Shown: positions 39,996 to 52,138, numbered from the stretch's first letter. The stretch is 64,000 bases of DNA from Octopus vulgaris (GCA_951406725.2 OX597831.1:28892001-28956000), one strand, 5' to 3'. Program-made: numbers and translations. The notes: a model not told the origin generated them from the letters alone.

Positions 39996-41596
39996 CAGCA
40001 CACTCACACACAGAAGAAATTAGACTTGTATATACTAACACTGTGTAGACCAAACATCATACACATATTTACTTGAGTACCTGCACACACACACATGTGC
40101 ACGTATATTTACATATACATGTATTGTGTGTGTGTGTGTGTGTGAACCAACGTAGTTGACTTTAAAACATGGCAAATTTACTAATTTCTCTGTAGATTTG
40201 AAAAACTGACGAAGAGCCTTAATCAATTTCCGACCCTTACTGGTGGGGGCCACATCAGAGGGGTCTACATAACTTGGCCGATCCCAGAGAAACAAGCAGC
40301 AAATCCATTTATATACATACATATATATATATATCTAGTGACTCCAGGGAACTGGAGTGATTGATTTGCATAGAATAAAATGTTTAACACTTTATTTACT
40401 ATTGGAGTCCTGTTAATGGAGAATCCTGTGTGCTCAGTATCAAGGTATGATATCACTGTATTGACCAGACTATCAGATGTTGTTATACACCACTAGTCAC
40501 AATATGCTTCCAATCCATTCTTGATCGTGCCCTTCTTTTCCATCGGGGCCCAAATATTGGGTTGTCCAGAAAGTTCATGCCGATTTTTAAAGGAAAGAAA
40601 AAGGTCAATAAATACTTGCCATTACATTTTTAATCAACCAAATTTGAACCATTTTGTTGCACAATGCGTCTTCATCTTTCCTTTAACTTGAAAATACCCT
40701 CCTCCCAGAATTGAGGGAGTTTCATGGCAAAGAATTCATCAAGGTATTTTTTTACGTCATCCAAGGAATTGGAATTTTTATCATTAAGACTATTCTGCAG
40801 AGACCTGAATAAGTGGAAATCTGAAGGAGCAATATCTGGTGAATATGGAGGGTGGGGTAACACATCCCAGCCGAGCTGCAGCAATTTTTGTATGGTTCCC
40901 AAAGCATCAAGTGCCGAAAATGAACTGTCTTTTCTTCCATTTTAAAGGATTACAGAATTAACACAGGTTATAAGAACATAAACCTTCTTCCATGAAAGAT
41001 AGCTAAAACTGAGCTCTAAATGGAGGTGTAGTCAAATCCTATTTTATGGATTCAACCATGTTCTAAAATAAGTAGAAAGGTAAGCTGCTATAAATTGGCA
41101 CAAACTTTCCGAACAACCCAATAGTTTAACTACATTGTCTCCTCATCGATGTGGAGGTCTTCTCCCACGTGGCCTTTTTGGATGCCAGTCAGCAAATGCA
41201 CGTCCACCTGTTTTCTGTGGGCGTTGCAAAATGTCTGGCCCAGTGGAACTTGCGCTTTCAATTTCTTCAATCACATTCATTCCACTCCATTCTTGAATGA
41301 TCATATTTTGGATATGCTTTTGCAATAATAAGCCTACATAGCAGAAATGTAAATATGAAAAATTGTACCCATTTCTCCATAGAAACGCAAACACACACAC
41401 ACACACACACTTTATCTTCTTAATGGTCATACATAGGTTGTTAAAGAAATTGAAACAAAGGAAGTGACCCCTTACCTGGCTGATGACTTGTTTTTGGCGA
41501 TCATTCTCTTTGCTAAGTTCCTCGATCTGTTGACGCAGATCTTGTTCTAGGTGTTTGGATTTCTTCTCAGATTCCTGTAATTGGTTTTCTAGTAAT
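11129..41596 (-). CDS. Myo5: Unconventional myosin V, C-terminal part (distal coiled coil + globular cargo-binding/Dilute tail); 12 exons, 5' part of gene outside the window
   Basis: Spliced exons 41476-41596, 30360-30437, 29644-29737, 23355-23501, 20935-21086, 18956-19045, 17989-18139, 16604-16716, 15286-15357, 13700-13785, 13255-13426, 11129-11374 join in frame (1522 nt) with GT-AG sites. Motifs [95 protein letters not shown] match the myosin Va tail as I recall it. Confidence 0.96.
11460..12120 (-). mobile_element. SINE family A with nested (CAT)n-tailed repeat (11695-11870)
   Basis: Family A tail and head separated by a second repeat family. Confidence 0.75.
12760..13150. repeat. Degenerate minisatellite (taagacagtcttatgactgccat...)
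   Basis: Repeated self-complementary taagac/gtctta units. Confidence 0.8.
13255..13426 (-). CDS. Myo5: Myo5 exon [57 protein letters not shown]
   Basis: ttctag|A TAT...CAG|gtaagc; 172 nt, phase 2-0. Confidence 0.96.
13700..13785 (-). CDS. Myo5: Myo5 exon [28 protein letters not shown](R), DIL domain
   Basis: gattgcag|TTA...ATA AG|gttcgc; 86 nt, phase 0-2; weak donor. Confidence 0.95.
13790..14345. repeat. ~21-bp minisatellite (ataattaacaattggagaagat)n abutting a Myo5 acceptor
   Basis: About 25 units seen directly. Confidence 0.9.
15286..15357 (-). CDS. Myo5: Myo5 exon [24 protein letters not shown]
   Basis: tttcag|ATG...CAG|gtgagc; 72 nt, phase 0-0; resembles HGMDPELIKQVVKQ. Confidence 0.94.
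16604..16716 (-). CDS. Myo5: Myo5 exon (V)[37 protein letters not shown]
   Basis: ttccag|TT...ATT|gtaagt; 113 nt, phase 1-0; LEHE motif. Confidence 0.94.
17030..17118. repeat. 27-bp tandem repeat tgatatcatgtggttagataaatatag
   Basis: 3-4 units. Confidence 0.85.
17989..18139 (-). CDS. Myo5: Myo5 exon [50 protein letters not shown]
   Basis: ctttgcag|CGT...ATT G|gtaaat; 151 nt, phase 0-1. Confidence 0.96.
18956..19045 (-). CDS. Myo5: Myo5 exon [30 protein letters not shown]
   Basis: ttacag|AAA...AAG|gtaggc; 90 nt, phase 0-0. Confidence 0.96.
19650..20110 (-). mobile_element. (CAT)n-tailed interspersed repeat with internal ~55-bp tandem units
   Basis: Units ccagacgaggctggcaaacggccatgatcggatggtgcttttt; related copy in opposite orientation at 61590-61905. 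Confidence 0.7.
20481..20867 (+). mobile_element. Non-autonomous Helitron
   Basis: Starts TC, ends CTAG, subterminal hairpin cccgagcaacgccggg, inserted between A and T. Confidence 0.85.
20935..21086 (-). CDS. Myo5: Myo5 exon (D)[50 protein letters not shown]
   Basis: tgtctag|AT...AAG|gtaagg; 152 nt, phase 1-0. Confidence 0.96.
22330..22590 (+). mobile_element. RTE-like LINE ORF2 fragment
   Basis: [40 protein letters not shown]; partial duplicate at 23090-23320. Confidence 0.7.
23090..23320 (+). mobile_element. Duplicate RTE-like LINE fragment ending about 35 bp from a Myo5 donor
   Basis: Similar to 22390-22590. Confidence 0.65.
23355..23501 (-). CDS. Myo5: Myo5 exon (A)[48 protein letters not shown], start of globular tail
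   Basis: tttccag|CT...TTT G|gtaaga; 147 nt, phase 1-1; GMLEY motif. Confidence 0.95.
24040..24410. repeat. ~27-bp minisatellite (tagcaacagatgaccacatctgctaac)
   Basis: Multiple degenerate units with a higher-order duplication. Confidence 0.85.
24530..25030. repeat. 39-bp minisatellite with 117-bp higher-order trimer
   Basis: Units gtgttggtgtacagacacatgtggg...; gives 13-aa periodic ORFs. Confidence 0.85.
25188..25211 (-). CDS. Candidate 24-nt microexon GAAADAAT(S)
   Basis: Strong pyrimidine tract with TGC motifs ...ctccttgcctgttgctgtag|GT GCT...ACA T|gttaat; phase 1-1; weak donor. Confidence 0.4.
27489..27545 (-). CDS. Candidate Myo5 cassette exon, 57 nt, [19 protein letters not shown]
   Basis: attgttag|GT CCA...TCG G|gtaaga; phase 1-1, open; ACTAAC branch-like motif at 27596-27591. 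Confidence 0.65.
29644..29737 (-). CDS. Myo5: Myo5 exon [31 protein letters not shown]
   Basis: ttccag|GAA...GAA G|gtatgt; 94 nt, phase 0-1; resembles VRKLKKQLKVFAKKI. Confidence 0.94.
30360..30437 (-). CDS. Myo5: Myo5 exon [26 protein letters not shown]
   Basis: tttctag|AAC...TTG|gtatgt; 78 nt, phase 0-0; resembles NLQL...EITRLTNENL. Confidence 0.92.
30778..31178 (+). mobile_element. SINE family A
   Basis: Full-length copy. Confidence 0.85.
34336..34846. mobile_element. Non-autonomous Tc2/pogo-like DNA transposon
   Basis: TIRs ccataaatcctcaagtatagtccgc / gcggattatacttgaggatttacgg; TA flanks; internal repeats of ccttgagtataatacaca. Confidence 0.8.
35802..35927 (-). CDS. Candidate stop-containing alternative exon [35 protein letters not shown]
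   Basis: ctttctttctcag|CAA in phase 0 (fits intron); TGA 35822-35820; donor TTT|gtgagt at 35802/35801; four downstream TGCATG. Confidence 0.55.
37115..37331. mobile_element. Mariner-type MITE
   Basis: TIRs caaggagatgctgagaagttcttggctt / aagccaagaacttttcagcaactcctca; TA target duplication. Confidence 0.8.
39182..39562 (-). mobile_element. SINE family A
   Basis: Full-length copy. Confidence 0.85.
40557..41121 (-). mobile_element. Internally deleted mariner (Tc1/mariner) transposon
   Basis: TIRs ttgggttgtccagaaagttcatgccgattt / aaattggcacaaactttccgaacaacccaa; TA at both ends (40555-56, 41122-23); transposase remnant 40672-40902 with [21 protein letters not shown] motif. Confidence 0.93.
41135..41310 (-). 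mobile_element. RTE/BovB-like LINE 3' fragment
   Basis: Degenerate ...[13 protein letters not shown] motif typical of the RTE ORF2 end. Confidence 0.6.
41476..41596 (-). CDS. Myo5: Myo5 exon, coiled coil (R)[40 protein letters not shown]
   Basis: tactacag|A TTA...AGC CAG|gtaagg; 121 nt, phase 2-0; resembles vertebrate LLESQLQ...NRQQQLLAQ. Confidence 0.93.
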
Positions 41597-42213
41597 CTGT
41601 AGTAAATGGAAATATGAAGAAAAATAATTATCAGAGGACTCCACATGGATTGTAACACTGCAACACCATTATAACAGCACTCTGTTATCATTGAACTGTG
41701 GCGTCACAATGGTAACACTGCAATATCATGGCTCTGTGGTATTACTTAGAGCAGCACTGCACAACGGCACACCTGTGGGAACACTGCAACATAATGGCAT
41801 CAATGCCTGGATGAAGACAATCAGTTTGTAAATGAATACATACATTGTGTGTGACATTGTGTGTGCATTTGTGTGTAGTGTGTAAATATACACACAAAGA
41901 TGTGTGCACATGCATTTACACAAATAAAAAAAAAAATCTTGGTGAGAAAGTTACATACATACTTACAAACCTGCACTTATACATACATACATACAAAAAT
42001 ATCCTGTTGATGCTCAAATTCCAATGAAGGAGCTTTGGATATAAGTTAGAAACCAGCTTTCTCTATTGGCAAGAAATCTTGAAATAAAACTGAATAATGA
42101 CATACATATATTTATATGTATATCATAAACACAAGATGAAACCTACATGCTTAACTTGCATCTCACACACATACAAATATATACATATGAGAGAAAGATA
42201 TCTGAGTCTGAAC

Positions 42214-42273
<60 letters not shown>

Positions 42274-42964
42274 GTAAAAAAAATACAAACTGGGACAAGA
42301 GCGCAAAACATTTAGAAGCTGATACAAAAAACATAGACGGGACATTCAAAGCCTTCAATCTTCAGTCAAGAACCAGATCATCCTCGCAATTTCGGCTGAT
42401 TAATCTTGAGATCGCTCCGATCTGGCCAGCCCCAAAGGAAAATCTAAGCCAAGCGCATTAGATTCCTTGGAAGAAAGCCTTGAATGTATACAAAACAAGG
42501 ACGGAAAAACGGGCGATGTTACACGAATAAAAATACAAAAATACGTAAAAACAATAATGATAACACGAATAAGAATACAAAAATATATATATATATATAT
42601 TGAAAGAAATGGTAAGACAACAAAAGAATGAAAGAGACCTCGATATTATGTAAATACAGGAATTTAACTGTAAAAGTAATATGTGACAATTATTCGGTAG
42701 CCATGACAAAACTCCGAGTTTCGGATGTCGGGGTGGAAATCCACACTGATTTTTATTTTCCATAACATTTTTTCCAATGGCCGGATAACTTAAGAGATGG
42801 CGTGGATTTCCGCCCTGACATCTGAAACTCAGAGATTTATCATCGCTACCAAATAATTGTCACATATTACATTTATATATGTATATATATAAATTAGACT
42901 GAATGAGATAACAAATCCAAGGCTGTGAGGAGTTTTCAGGACATTTATAATAAAATAGTCTTAC

Positions 42965-43001
<37 letters not shown>

Positions 43002-43319
43002 CACATACATAAATATGTATGCATATGCACACGCATGCTTATAAAAATACGTATAATATAAACATGTATGTATGTAACACATAAGACCACATCTACATGT
43101 TTAATTAGAGTCACTCATGCTCACACACACACTTGTAAATATAAAATAAAATCAAAATTTGATAGAACAAAGACAATGGAGTAAATTAGCAGCTTCCCCT
43201 GGGCATTTCAAAAATGAAAGTAAATATATTTGAAATAAAATGGAAACAGGTAAGTGAATAAATTAATTAAATAACACGAGAACAGAACAGTTTTGTTGAT
43301 AAATATGAACTGTTGAGTC

Positions 43320-43353
<34 letters not shown>

Positions 43354-43879
43354 ATGTGTGGAGACAGAGGGAGAGAGAAAATAAATAAAAGACAAAATCA
43401 AATATAAAAATAACAACAGATGTCTAAGGGATATTCCCAATTAATATTATTAAACTGACGTTCAAAGAAGGGAAATAGTTGTAAAGTGAAAGCTATGGAG
43501 TAAATGTATACTAGTTTGTACATATTGCTTTGCCAGATGTACAAAGGCAAGTCTCGAAGGAGGGCAAAGAATGGATGTATGTGTGAACATATATACATAT
43601 ATATGTGTGTGTGTGTGTGAGTTTGAATATATATATGCATGTGTAAGTGTGGCTGAGCACTCCACAGATATGCATACTCCTTCACATACTTCTCAGCATG
43701 ACACAGAGTGTGACAAGGATGGCCCTTTGAAATACAAGAACAACTCATTTTCTACAGCTGAGTGGACTGGGGCAATATGAAATAAAGTGTCTTGCTCAAG
43801 GACACAATGTGCCGCCAGGAATCGAACTCACGTCCCTACAATCGCAAGCCAGATACCCTAACCACTAACCCATGCTTTT

Positions 43880-44229
43880 ATTCTTTGTTTCAGTTATTTG
43901 ACTGTGGCCACACTGGAGCAACACCTTAGTCAAGCAAATTGACCCCAGGACTTATCCTTTGTAAGCCTAGTACTTATTCTGTCAGTCTCTTTTGCTAAAC
44001 CACTAAGTTACGGGGATGTAAGCACATCAACATCAGTTATCAAACACACACACAAATATATATATATACAACGGACTTCTTTCAGTTTCCATCTACTGAA
44101 TCCACTCACAAGGCTTTGGTTGGCCTGAGGCTATAGTAAAAGACACCTGCCCAAGGTGCCATGCAGTGGGACTGAACCCAAAACCATGTGGTTGGGAAGC
44201 AAACCTTTTACCACACAGCCACTCCTGCA

Positions 44230-44232
<3 letters not shown>
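43880..44232 (-). mobile_element. SINE family A
   Basis: Near full-length copy. Confidence 0.8.
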
Positions 44233-44303
<71 letters not shown>

Positions 44304-44308
44304 AAAAA

Positions 44309-44339
<31 letters not shown>

Positions 44340-44849
44340 AAACACAACATATCATCATCATCATCATCATCATCGTAACGTCCGTTCTCCATGCAGCATG
44401 GACTCGACCGGGGATCTGGAAAGCGAAGGCTGCACAGGCCCGTCTATCTGGCAGGTCACAGCTGATGCCCTTCCTAACGCCAACACTCCGATGTAGTGGG
44501 TTTTTCACGTGCACGGTAAAACATAATGTGAAACAAGGTGGAAAAAGATAAATACCAGTGGTAGATAAAGCTTTATTTTAACACAGAAAATTCAACAAAA
44601 TCTGTTACTAGTTTTGCCGTTCATCAGACAGTTTTCTATATATATATAATACACACACACATTAAATTGAAGGGGATCTATTTAAAGAATGAGACATAGC
44701 AAACCATACTTGATGGTTAGACAGTATAATACAAATCAACAGATAAACAATCTGTTCCATAGGTGAAGTGTTTACCAATGAAGGGATATCATGATTAAAC
44801 ATTGTAGCAAGACCATATAATCCATTCTTCTGCCTTTATTATTATCACT

Positions 44850-45062
44850 GAGGTGGCAAGCTGGCAGAATCGTCAGCATGCCAGGAAATATGTTAGGCAG
44901 CATTTCGTTCATCTTACGTTCTGAGTTCAAATTCCACCGAGGTTGACTTTGCCTTTCATCCTTTCAGGGTCGATAAATTAAGTTCCAGTGAAACACTGGG
45001 GTCAATGTAATTGACTAGTCCCCTCCCTCAAAATTTCAGGCCTTGTTTCTATAGTAGAAAGG

Positions 45063-45101
<39 letters not shown>

Positions 45102-45330
45102 TATCTCTTTATTGCCCACAGGGGGGTAAACATAGAGGGGACAAACAAGGACAGACAAAGGGGTTAAGTCGATTACATCGACCCCAGTGTTCCACTGGTA
45201 CTTCTTTAATCGACCCCGAAAGGATGAAAGGCAAAGTCAATCTTGGCAGAAATTGAACTCGGAATGTAGCAACAGACAAAATACTACTAAGCATTTCGCC
45301 CAGCATGCTAACGATTCTGCCAGCTCGCCG
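44850..45330. mobile_element. Inverted pair of SINE family B copies around (TAT)n
   Basis: 44850-45060 (+) and 45100-45330 (-). Confidence 0.8.
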
Positions 45331-45340
45331 TCTTTGATCC

Positions 45341-45371
<31 letters not shown>

Positions 45372-46930
45372 TACACACACACACACACACACAGACACAT
45401 GCATACAGGCCAAGCATGGCTCTTTCATGAAGCTGTTTACTCTCCAACCCACATAATTTTAAATTCAGTTCCTCTGCAAGGCACCTTGGCAATTGTCTTC
45501 TACTATAGCCCCGGGCTGGCCACAGCCAGTCATATGTGTGTGTGTGTGTGTGTGTGTGTGTACGCATGTGTATTTGTGTGTAGGTTGATGTGTTTCCCTG
45601 TAGGTGCCAATCTTGGTGAAATTCTAGAGTTTTCACAGAGATATAAAACTTTCAAAAAAGTAACAAACAAATGAAAAATGAAAGTAACTTTAAAAGAAAT
45701 TGTAGAAATTCATTAACTGAATTAACAATAATTAGATAATTAATCAATTAATTAATTAATAAGAAAGGTAAGTCAGAAAATATTCACAAATATATTTATC
45801 TGAATTAAAAATACAATGCAACTTATGTTTAATATAGCAGGGAAGAATATCATGTAATGGTGGTAACCTGTCCTACGTTATATTAAATGGTTGCCTGACT
45901 TATTAGAAACAGCAGCTAAACTCCTTCAAATCATATCATACTGTCTTAAAAAATAAAGAAGGACAAATTAGATAACGCAGTCCTGCTGGATGAGTTCTTG
46001 CTAAAAATATGAAGAATGGGACGGTGTGATGGTTGCTGGAATACCTTAGATTTGTTTGATCAGGATTAGGACTGACCTAGGGCAAAACACTTCAAGCCCA
46101 CGTGAGAGAGTGTGTTGGCAGCATGGAACCTAAATTCTCTGACAATATGACTTGGGTAAAGGAATAGAGTAATGTAATATTGAAAACGAGTAAGGCATGG
46201 ACCTTTAAGTATATGTTAGGGAGTGGAAGAGGTTGGAGAGAAAGGAGTCAAATTAAAGGGCTGTTGGTCAGGTAATTGTCAACCCATAGTGGTTTGTGTG
46301 AGAAACGTAAGTGCACTGAAGGAGTGGGAGGGAGGGAGGATGAGTATCAGAGGTCTGGACTGAGGGAGGAGCTGACTATTAAAGATATATGCTAAGGGAG
46401 GGACTGAGTATTAAAAGTTTGGACTGAAGGAGCGATTGGCTATTGGTTTCAAATTTTGGCACAAAGCCCTGCAAGGTCAAGAGAGGGAGCAAGTTGATTA
46501 CATCGATCCCAGTCCTTCACCAGAATTTGTTTTATTGGCCCCGAAAGGAAGAAAGCCAAAGATGACCTCAGCGGCAAGAGAACTCAGACCACAATGATGA
46601 ATGAAACACCGCTAACGACTCTGCAAACTCACTGCCTTCAGAAGTGATTATCATCAAAGAGATCTAATGAAGGACAGGACGCAGAGTACTAAAGGTGTGA
46701 ACTGGGGGAAAAGGTCGAGTATTTTAAAGATATGAGCCCATTTGTGCAGCAGGCGAGATGATTGATGTGCCATGGGTTTGTGATGTAAATGAATGGTTAC
46801 AGTTGGGTGAAGATGTGAAAGGATGTGGATGGAACAGTAACTGTTGAAGAAGGAGAGCAGAGGAATAGGTGGGAGGTGAGTTAGGGTCAAGGTTCTGGAC
46901 CTCAGAGAAGAAATACATGGATGGTTGCTA

Positions 46931-47340
46931 GCAGGAGTGGCTGTGTGGTAAGGAGCTTGCTTACCAACCACATGATTCCGGGTTCAGTCCCACCACATGG
47001 CACCTTGGGCAAGTGTCTTCTACTATAGCCTCGGGCTGACCACAGCCTTGTGAGTGGATTTGGTAGATGGAAACTGAAAGAAGCCTGTCATATATATGTG
47101 TATATATATATATTTATATATATGTATGTATGTTTGTGTATCTGCGTTTGTCCCCCAACATCGCTTAACAACCGATGCTGGTGTGTTTACATCCCCGTAA
47201 CTTAGTGGTTCGGCAAAAGACACCGATAGAATAAGTACTAGGCTTACAAAGAATAAGTCCTGGGGTCGATTTGTTCGACTAAAGGCAGTGCTCCGGCATG
47301 GCTGCAGCCAAATGACTGAAACAAATAAAAGAGAAAAAGA
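46931..47340 (+). mobile_element. SINE family A
   Basis: Full-length copy. Confidence 0.85.
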
Positions 47341-49084
47341 GCATACTGTGAAGGTGCATAGCTCAGTGGTTAGAGTATCGGGCTCACAGTCATGAAGTAG
47401 TGAGTTCAATTCCTGGATTGGGCTGTGCATTGTGTTTTTGAGCAAGACACTTTATTTCACGTTGCTCCAGTTCACTCAGCTGTAGAAATGAGTCGTGATG
47501 TCACCGGTGCCAAGCTGTATTGGCCTTTGCCTTTCCTTTGGATAACATCGGTAGCATGGAGAGGGGAGGCCATTATGCATGGGCGACTGCTGGTCTTCCA
47601 CAAAACAACTTTGCCTGAACTTGTGTCATGGAGGGGAACTTTCTAGGTGCGATCCCATGGTCATTCATGGCAGAGAGGGATCTTTACCCTTTACCCTGCT
47701 AGTGTACTGTACCCACCATAGGAATACAGTGAAATTTTAAACTTCTTAAAAAATCTAAATAACAAATGTTGAAGATGATGTTTATATGTGAGGTGTGCAT
47801 GTGTGTATAAGTGTGATATATATATATATATATATATATACTCTGGTTACAATTTCCAGCACTAATCAGATCAAACTAATTGCATCAACTTGCTAACAGA
47901 AGCTATCAAATACATTTTGCGTGTCATCTAAGAGGTTCAAAGAATTCATTTCATAACAACACCTGCTGCTAATTACTAAGATAGATATACCTAAGATATA
48001 TGAAGTCCTGATAGTCTCTCAGTCTACCAGAGATTCCACTATACCTACATGTACATTAATCCCACCTGAAGTCTTGGTACTTACTCAGTCAACCAGAGAT
48101 CTCACTGTACCAACAGATATATATATATATGGCCTGCTCGCTTAGTCAGTGGGGTGGCATCATTTGAAGGCTAAAACAATGCGAAGCGCATTGTGACCAG
48201 CGATGTGTAGCAACATCTGATAGCCTGGTCGGTCACGTGATCACGTGATATATATATATATATACTCCTGTATATTTGTTACACCTGAAGTCTTGGTACT
48301 CTGCCAGGCTACCAAAGATCATTCTAGTTTACTTCACTCCTTCACTGACTGATTAACCTATCAGTACTTAAACAAGTCATGGCAGGCCCAAATAGTCTAC
48401 CTGTTTTAAGTTCAAACTGGATAGATCCAGCTTCTCACACCTACCTTACAATGTCGTTCTAAAAATAAACATCCACATTATTGAAATTTCAAAGCTACCA
48501 GATAATGCATGAGCAATTCATTACAATATGAATAAAATAAACATTATATTTGATAGACTATTTTGAATGCTAAAGAGCTAAAGAAAACAGATAAAAGATC
48601 CTAAAAATTCTCCTTTGATCCACTGAAAGTCCTAACATGTATATTGCTACATCAATTTTGGTGCACCTGTATCACCCCAGGTAAGACCTCATTCAACAAA
48701 CCTACAATAAAACAGTGTTCCATCCATGACCATCACGACAAATTATTTAATAGGTCCTTCCTTTTTCGTTTAAGACAGTAATATTTGATATTGTTTCTAC
48801 AACACCTCGCAGGTCAAGCAACAGCATAGGGGATCCACTAAATGGAAGTTGTTGACAGAAGGGACACAGCAAAGGGGGACTGGAATTGCAGTAGAGGAAG
48901 AGCTAAGTTGCAGTTAAGCTGGGTTTGCCAAGCCAGAGACTCAATTTCTGGGTGAGGGCCACATCTTCACAAACCACGAAAGTTTCAGTTTCATTGCTTT
49001 AGTCCACCACCCTTAACTCTCACCCCTAGCCTCACTGAAAAAGGGACAATGATTTTGACTCCCTTAATAAATACATAATAATAA

Positions 49085-49295
49085 TCCATTCTACTAAAGG
49101 CACAAAGCCAGAAATTTTGGGGGGAAGGGACTAGTCGATTACATTGACCCCGGTGTTTAGTAGGTACTTATTTTATCGACCCCAAAAGGATGAAAGTTTC
49201 CCTCAGTGGAATTTGAACTCACAATGTAAAGACGGGGAGAAATGCCACTGAGCATTTTGCCCGGCGTACTAATAATTCTGCCAGCTTGCTGCCAT

Positions 49296-49339
<44 letters not shown>

Positions 49340-49547
49340 GATTTCAAATTTGGCCCAAGGCCAGTAATTTGGGGTAAGGGGGTAAGTTGATTACATAAAC
49401 CCAGCACTTAACTGGTATGTATTTTATTGACCCCAACACCCCACAAAAGGATGAATGACAAAATTGACTTGGTGGAATTTGAACTCAGAACATAAAGACA
49501 GAGGAAAGACCACTAAGCATTCTGCCTAGCATGCTAGCAATACTGCC

Positions 49548-49597
<50 letters not shown>

Positions 49598-49823
49598 TGT
49601 AATTATTATTATTTAAAATTTTTGCCACAAGAGCAGCTTGAAGGGGAGGTGGGGATGAGTCAATTACATCAACCCCAGTGTACAACTGGTATTTGTTTTA
49701 TTGTCCCTGAAAGGATGAAAGGCAAGGCTGAACTCAGTGGAATTTGAACTCAGAACAAAGTGGCAGATGAAATACCGCTAAGCATTTCGCCTGGTGTGCT
49801 AACAATTCTGCCAGCTTACCACC

Positions 49824-49862
<39 letters not shown>

Positions 49863-49990
49863 TTAGGCACAAGCACAGAATTTCGAGGAGTGGAGTTGTT
49901 TTTATTGACAACAATTCTTGAGCGATCCTTTAATGTATAGAACTTAGGGGGATAAAAGGTAAAGCAAACTTTGGTGGGATTTGAACATGA
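49085..49990 (-). mobile_element. Tandem cluster of SINE family B copies separated by (AAT)n
   Basis: Four head-to-tail copies. Confidence 0.8.
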
Positions 49991-50503
49991 AAAAGGCAAG
50001 GGAATGTAACCTAGATACCACACCAAACTGAGACCAGTGCATCAGTAATGCACAGCTTTACCTGTAGGCAGCTTCACTCCGTCCAAATTGTAAGTTCACC
50101 AGAAAGAGTTCCAGAGTGAAGGAGAGATAGAAAGAGAGCCGGGAAGTGAGTGTGGAATATAGAATAATTGCACTGAGGGCAGTGCTCCAGTATGGCCACA
50201 ACGTCTAGCTGAAATCAGTTAAACCTAAAAGTAATTTCAACAATCCATCATCCCTTTTTCATCCACCATCTCTGATATCCCATTTGCTACCAGCCACTAC
50301 CTTGGTGCTCTACTGATTCTACAATGCCCCCACTCAATGCTCTGCTCTAGTGACAATGATAACAATAAATTGTATAAAGCCTGATAATAAATTATGGTGA
50401 TGTTGTGGCATTCATCTTCATCTGCGTGTGTAGACAAGTGAGAGCGGGTGGAGGGGGGGGATAGATTTACCTTTCTTACAACAGGCAAAACTAAGATACT
50501 TAC

Positions 50504-50554
50504 TTCATGATATTTCTATATAAATCTCTTACATTTTCAGAAATTATAGTGTAT
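50504..50554 (-). CDS. Candidate Myo5 cassette exon, 51 nt, (x)YTIISENVRDLYRNIM(K)
   Basis: cttctaatatttatttacacag|A TAC...ATG AA|gtaagt; phase 2-2 fits the host intron; open frame. Confidence 0.65.
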
Positions 50555-50949
50555 CTGTGTAAATAAATATTAGAAGTACAACAAGTACGGAACAATTCAC
50601 ATGTGTGCTTGTGTGTGTGTGTGTGTGTGTATAAATACAAACACGCATTAATATATATAATACATACATAAAAATAAATAAACGCACCCTTTTCAAGCCT
50701 AGCCAGGCTCATGAGCCTGGTTTCCCAGTTTCTATGGCGTATGTGTTCCCTAGCTGGACTGGATGCCAGTCCATCGCAGTGTTACTCATTTTTGCCAGCT
50801 GAGTGGACTGGAGCAATGTGGAATGAAGTGTTTTGCTCAAGAACACAACGCGTCACCTGGTCTAGGAATCGAAACCACAATCTTACGATCATGGTGCTGA
50901 CACCTTAACCACTAAGCCACGCGCCTCCACAATATAAATACATACATAA

Positions 50950-51000
<51 letters not shown>

Positions 51001-51244
51001 TAAATAAATTTATTTATTTCGAAACATATGTCGAGAGTAAAGGAATTTTGTTAATATCTTCGTTCAACTCCATTTATTTATTTATTCATATATAACACAC
51101 AGATTTCTGCACATGAGCCCGGAGTTTCTACCCTTGGACAGGTTGCTTCAACCGTGTTTCTGACGTGAATTTGCTACCCTGGTATCAGTTCATTGAACTT
51201 TCCATGTTGACAGTAAACATAGGATAATTCATTCACCTATCGAA

Positions 51245-51281
<37 letters not shown>

Positions 51282-52093
51282 TACATTCATATATGTTATA
51301 TTGATGCAAGAAAATTTAAAATGTGTACGCGCGCACGCGCTCAAGAAGATTTGGAGTGTGTACACATGCGCACACTTACACACACATATGGATAGAAAGA
51401 TAGATATATTCCCATAGCTGTCATGGATGGTTATGCTTGAGAAGTTTTCTCAGCCTCAATAAAATTGCATTTTACTTTAACTCTTCTATCTGAGTACTCT
51501 TTCCTTCGCCATGTTTGTACCAATTTTCATGTATGTGTGTGTGCTCCAAATATGCATGTATAAATACATAATAGGCGTAGGAGTGGTTGTGTGGTAAGTA
51601 GCTTCCTTACCAACCACATGGTTCTGGATTCAGTCTCACTGCATGCCACCTTGGGCAAGTGTCTTCTACTATAGCCTCGGGCTGACCAAAGCCTTGTGAG
51701 TGGATTTGGTAGACGGAAACTGAAAGAAGCCCGTCGTATATGTATATATATATATATATATATGTTTGTGTGTCTGTGTTTGTCCCCCCAGCATCACTTG
51801 ACATCCAATGCTTGTGTGTTGACTAAAGTTGGGGACTTTAGTCAACACACAAGACAGCTATTATGCTCTCCCCCACAAAAAACCACCACATGGATTCTGT
51901 TGAGACTAGTAAGAAACAATTATGAACTTTTTTATTACACTTGACTTTTAAAAATATTTTTGATAGGGTTCGTTTTTCAAGAAGAACCGAAACATGTTAA
52001 ATTTCTAAGAAAATTTAAATTTATCTTATATAGTGGCATTTTCAAACTTCTTTTTCATAAATATATACCCACTCGTATACCACCTACATTTAT

Positions 52094-52138
<45 letters not shown>

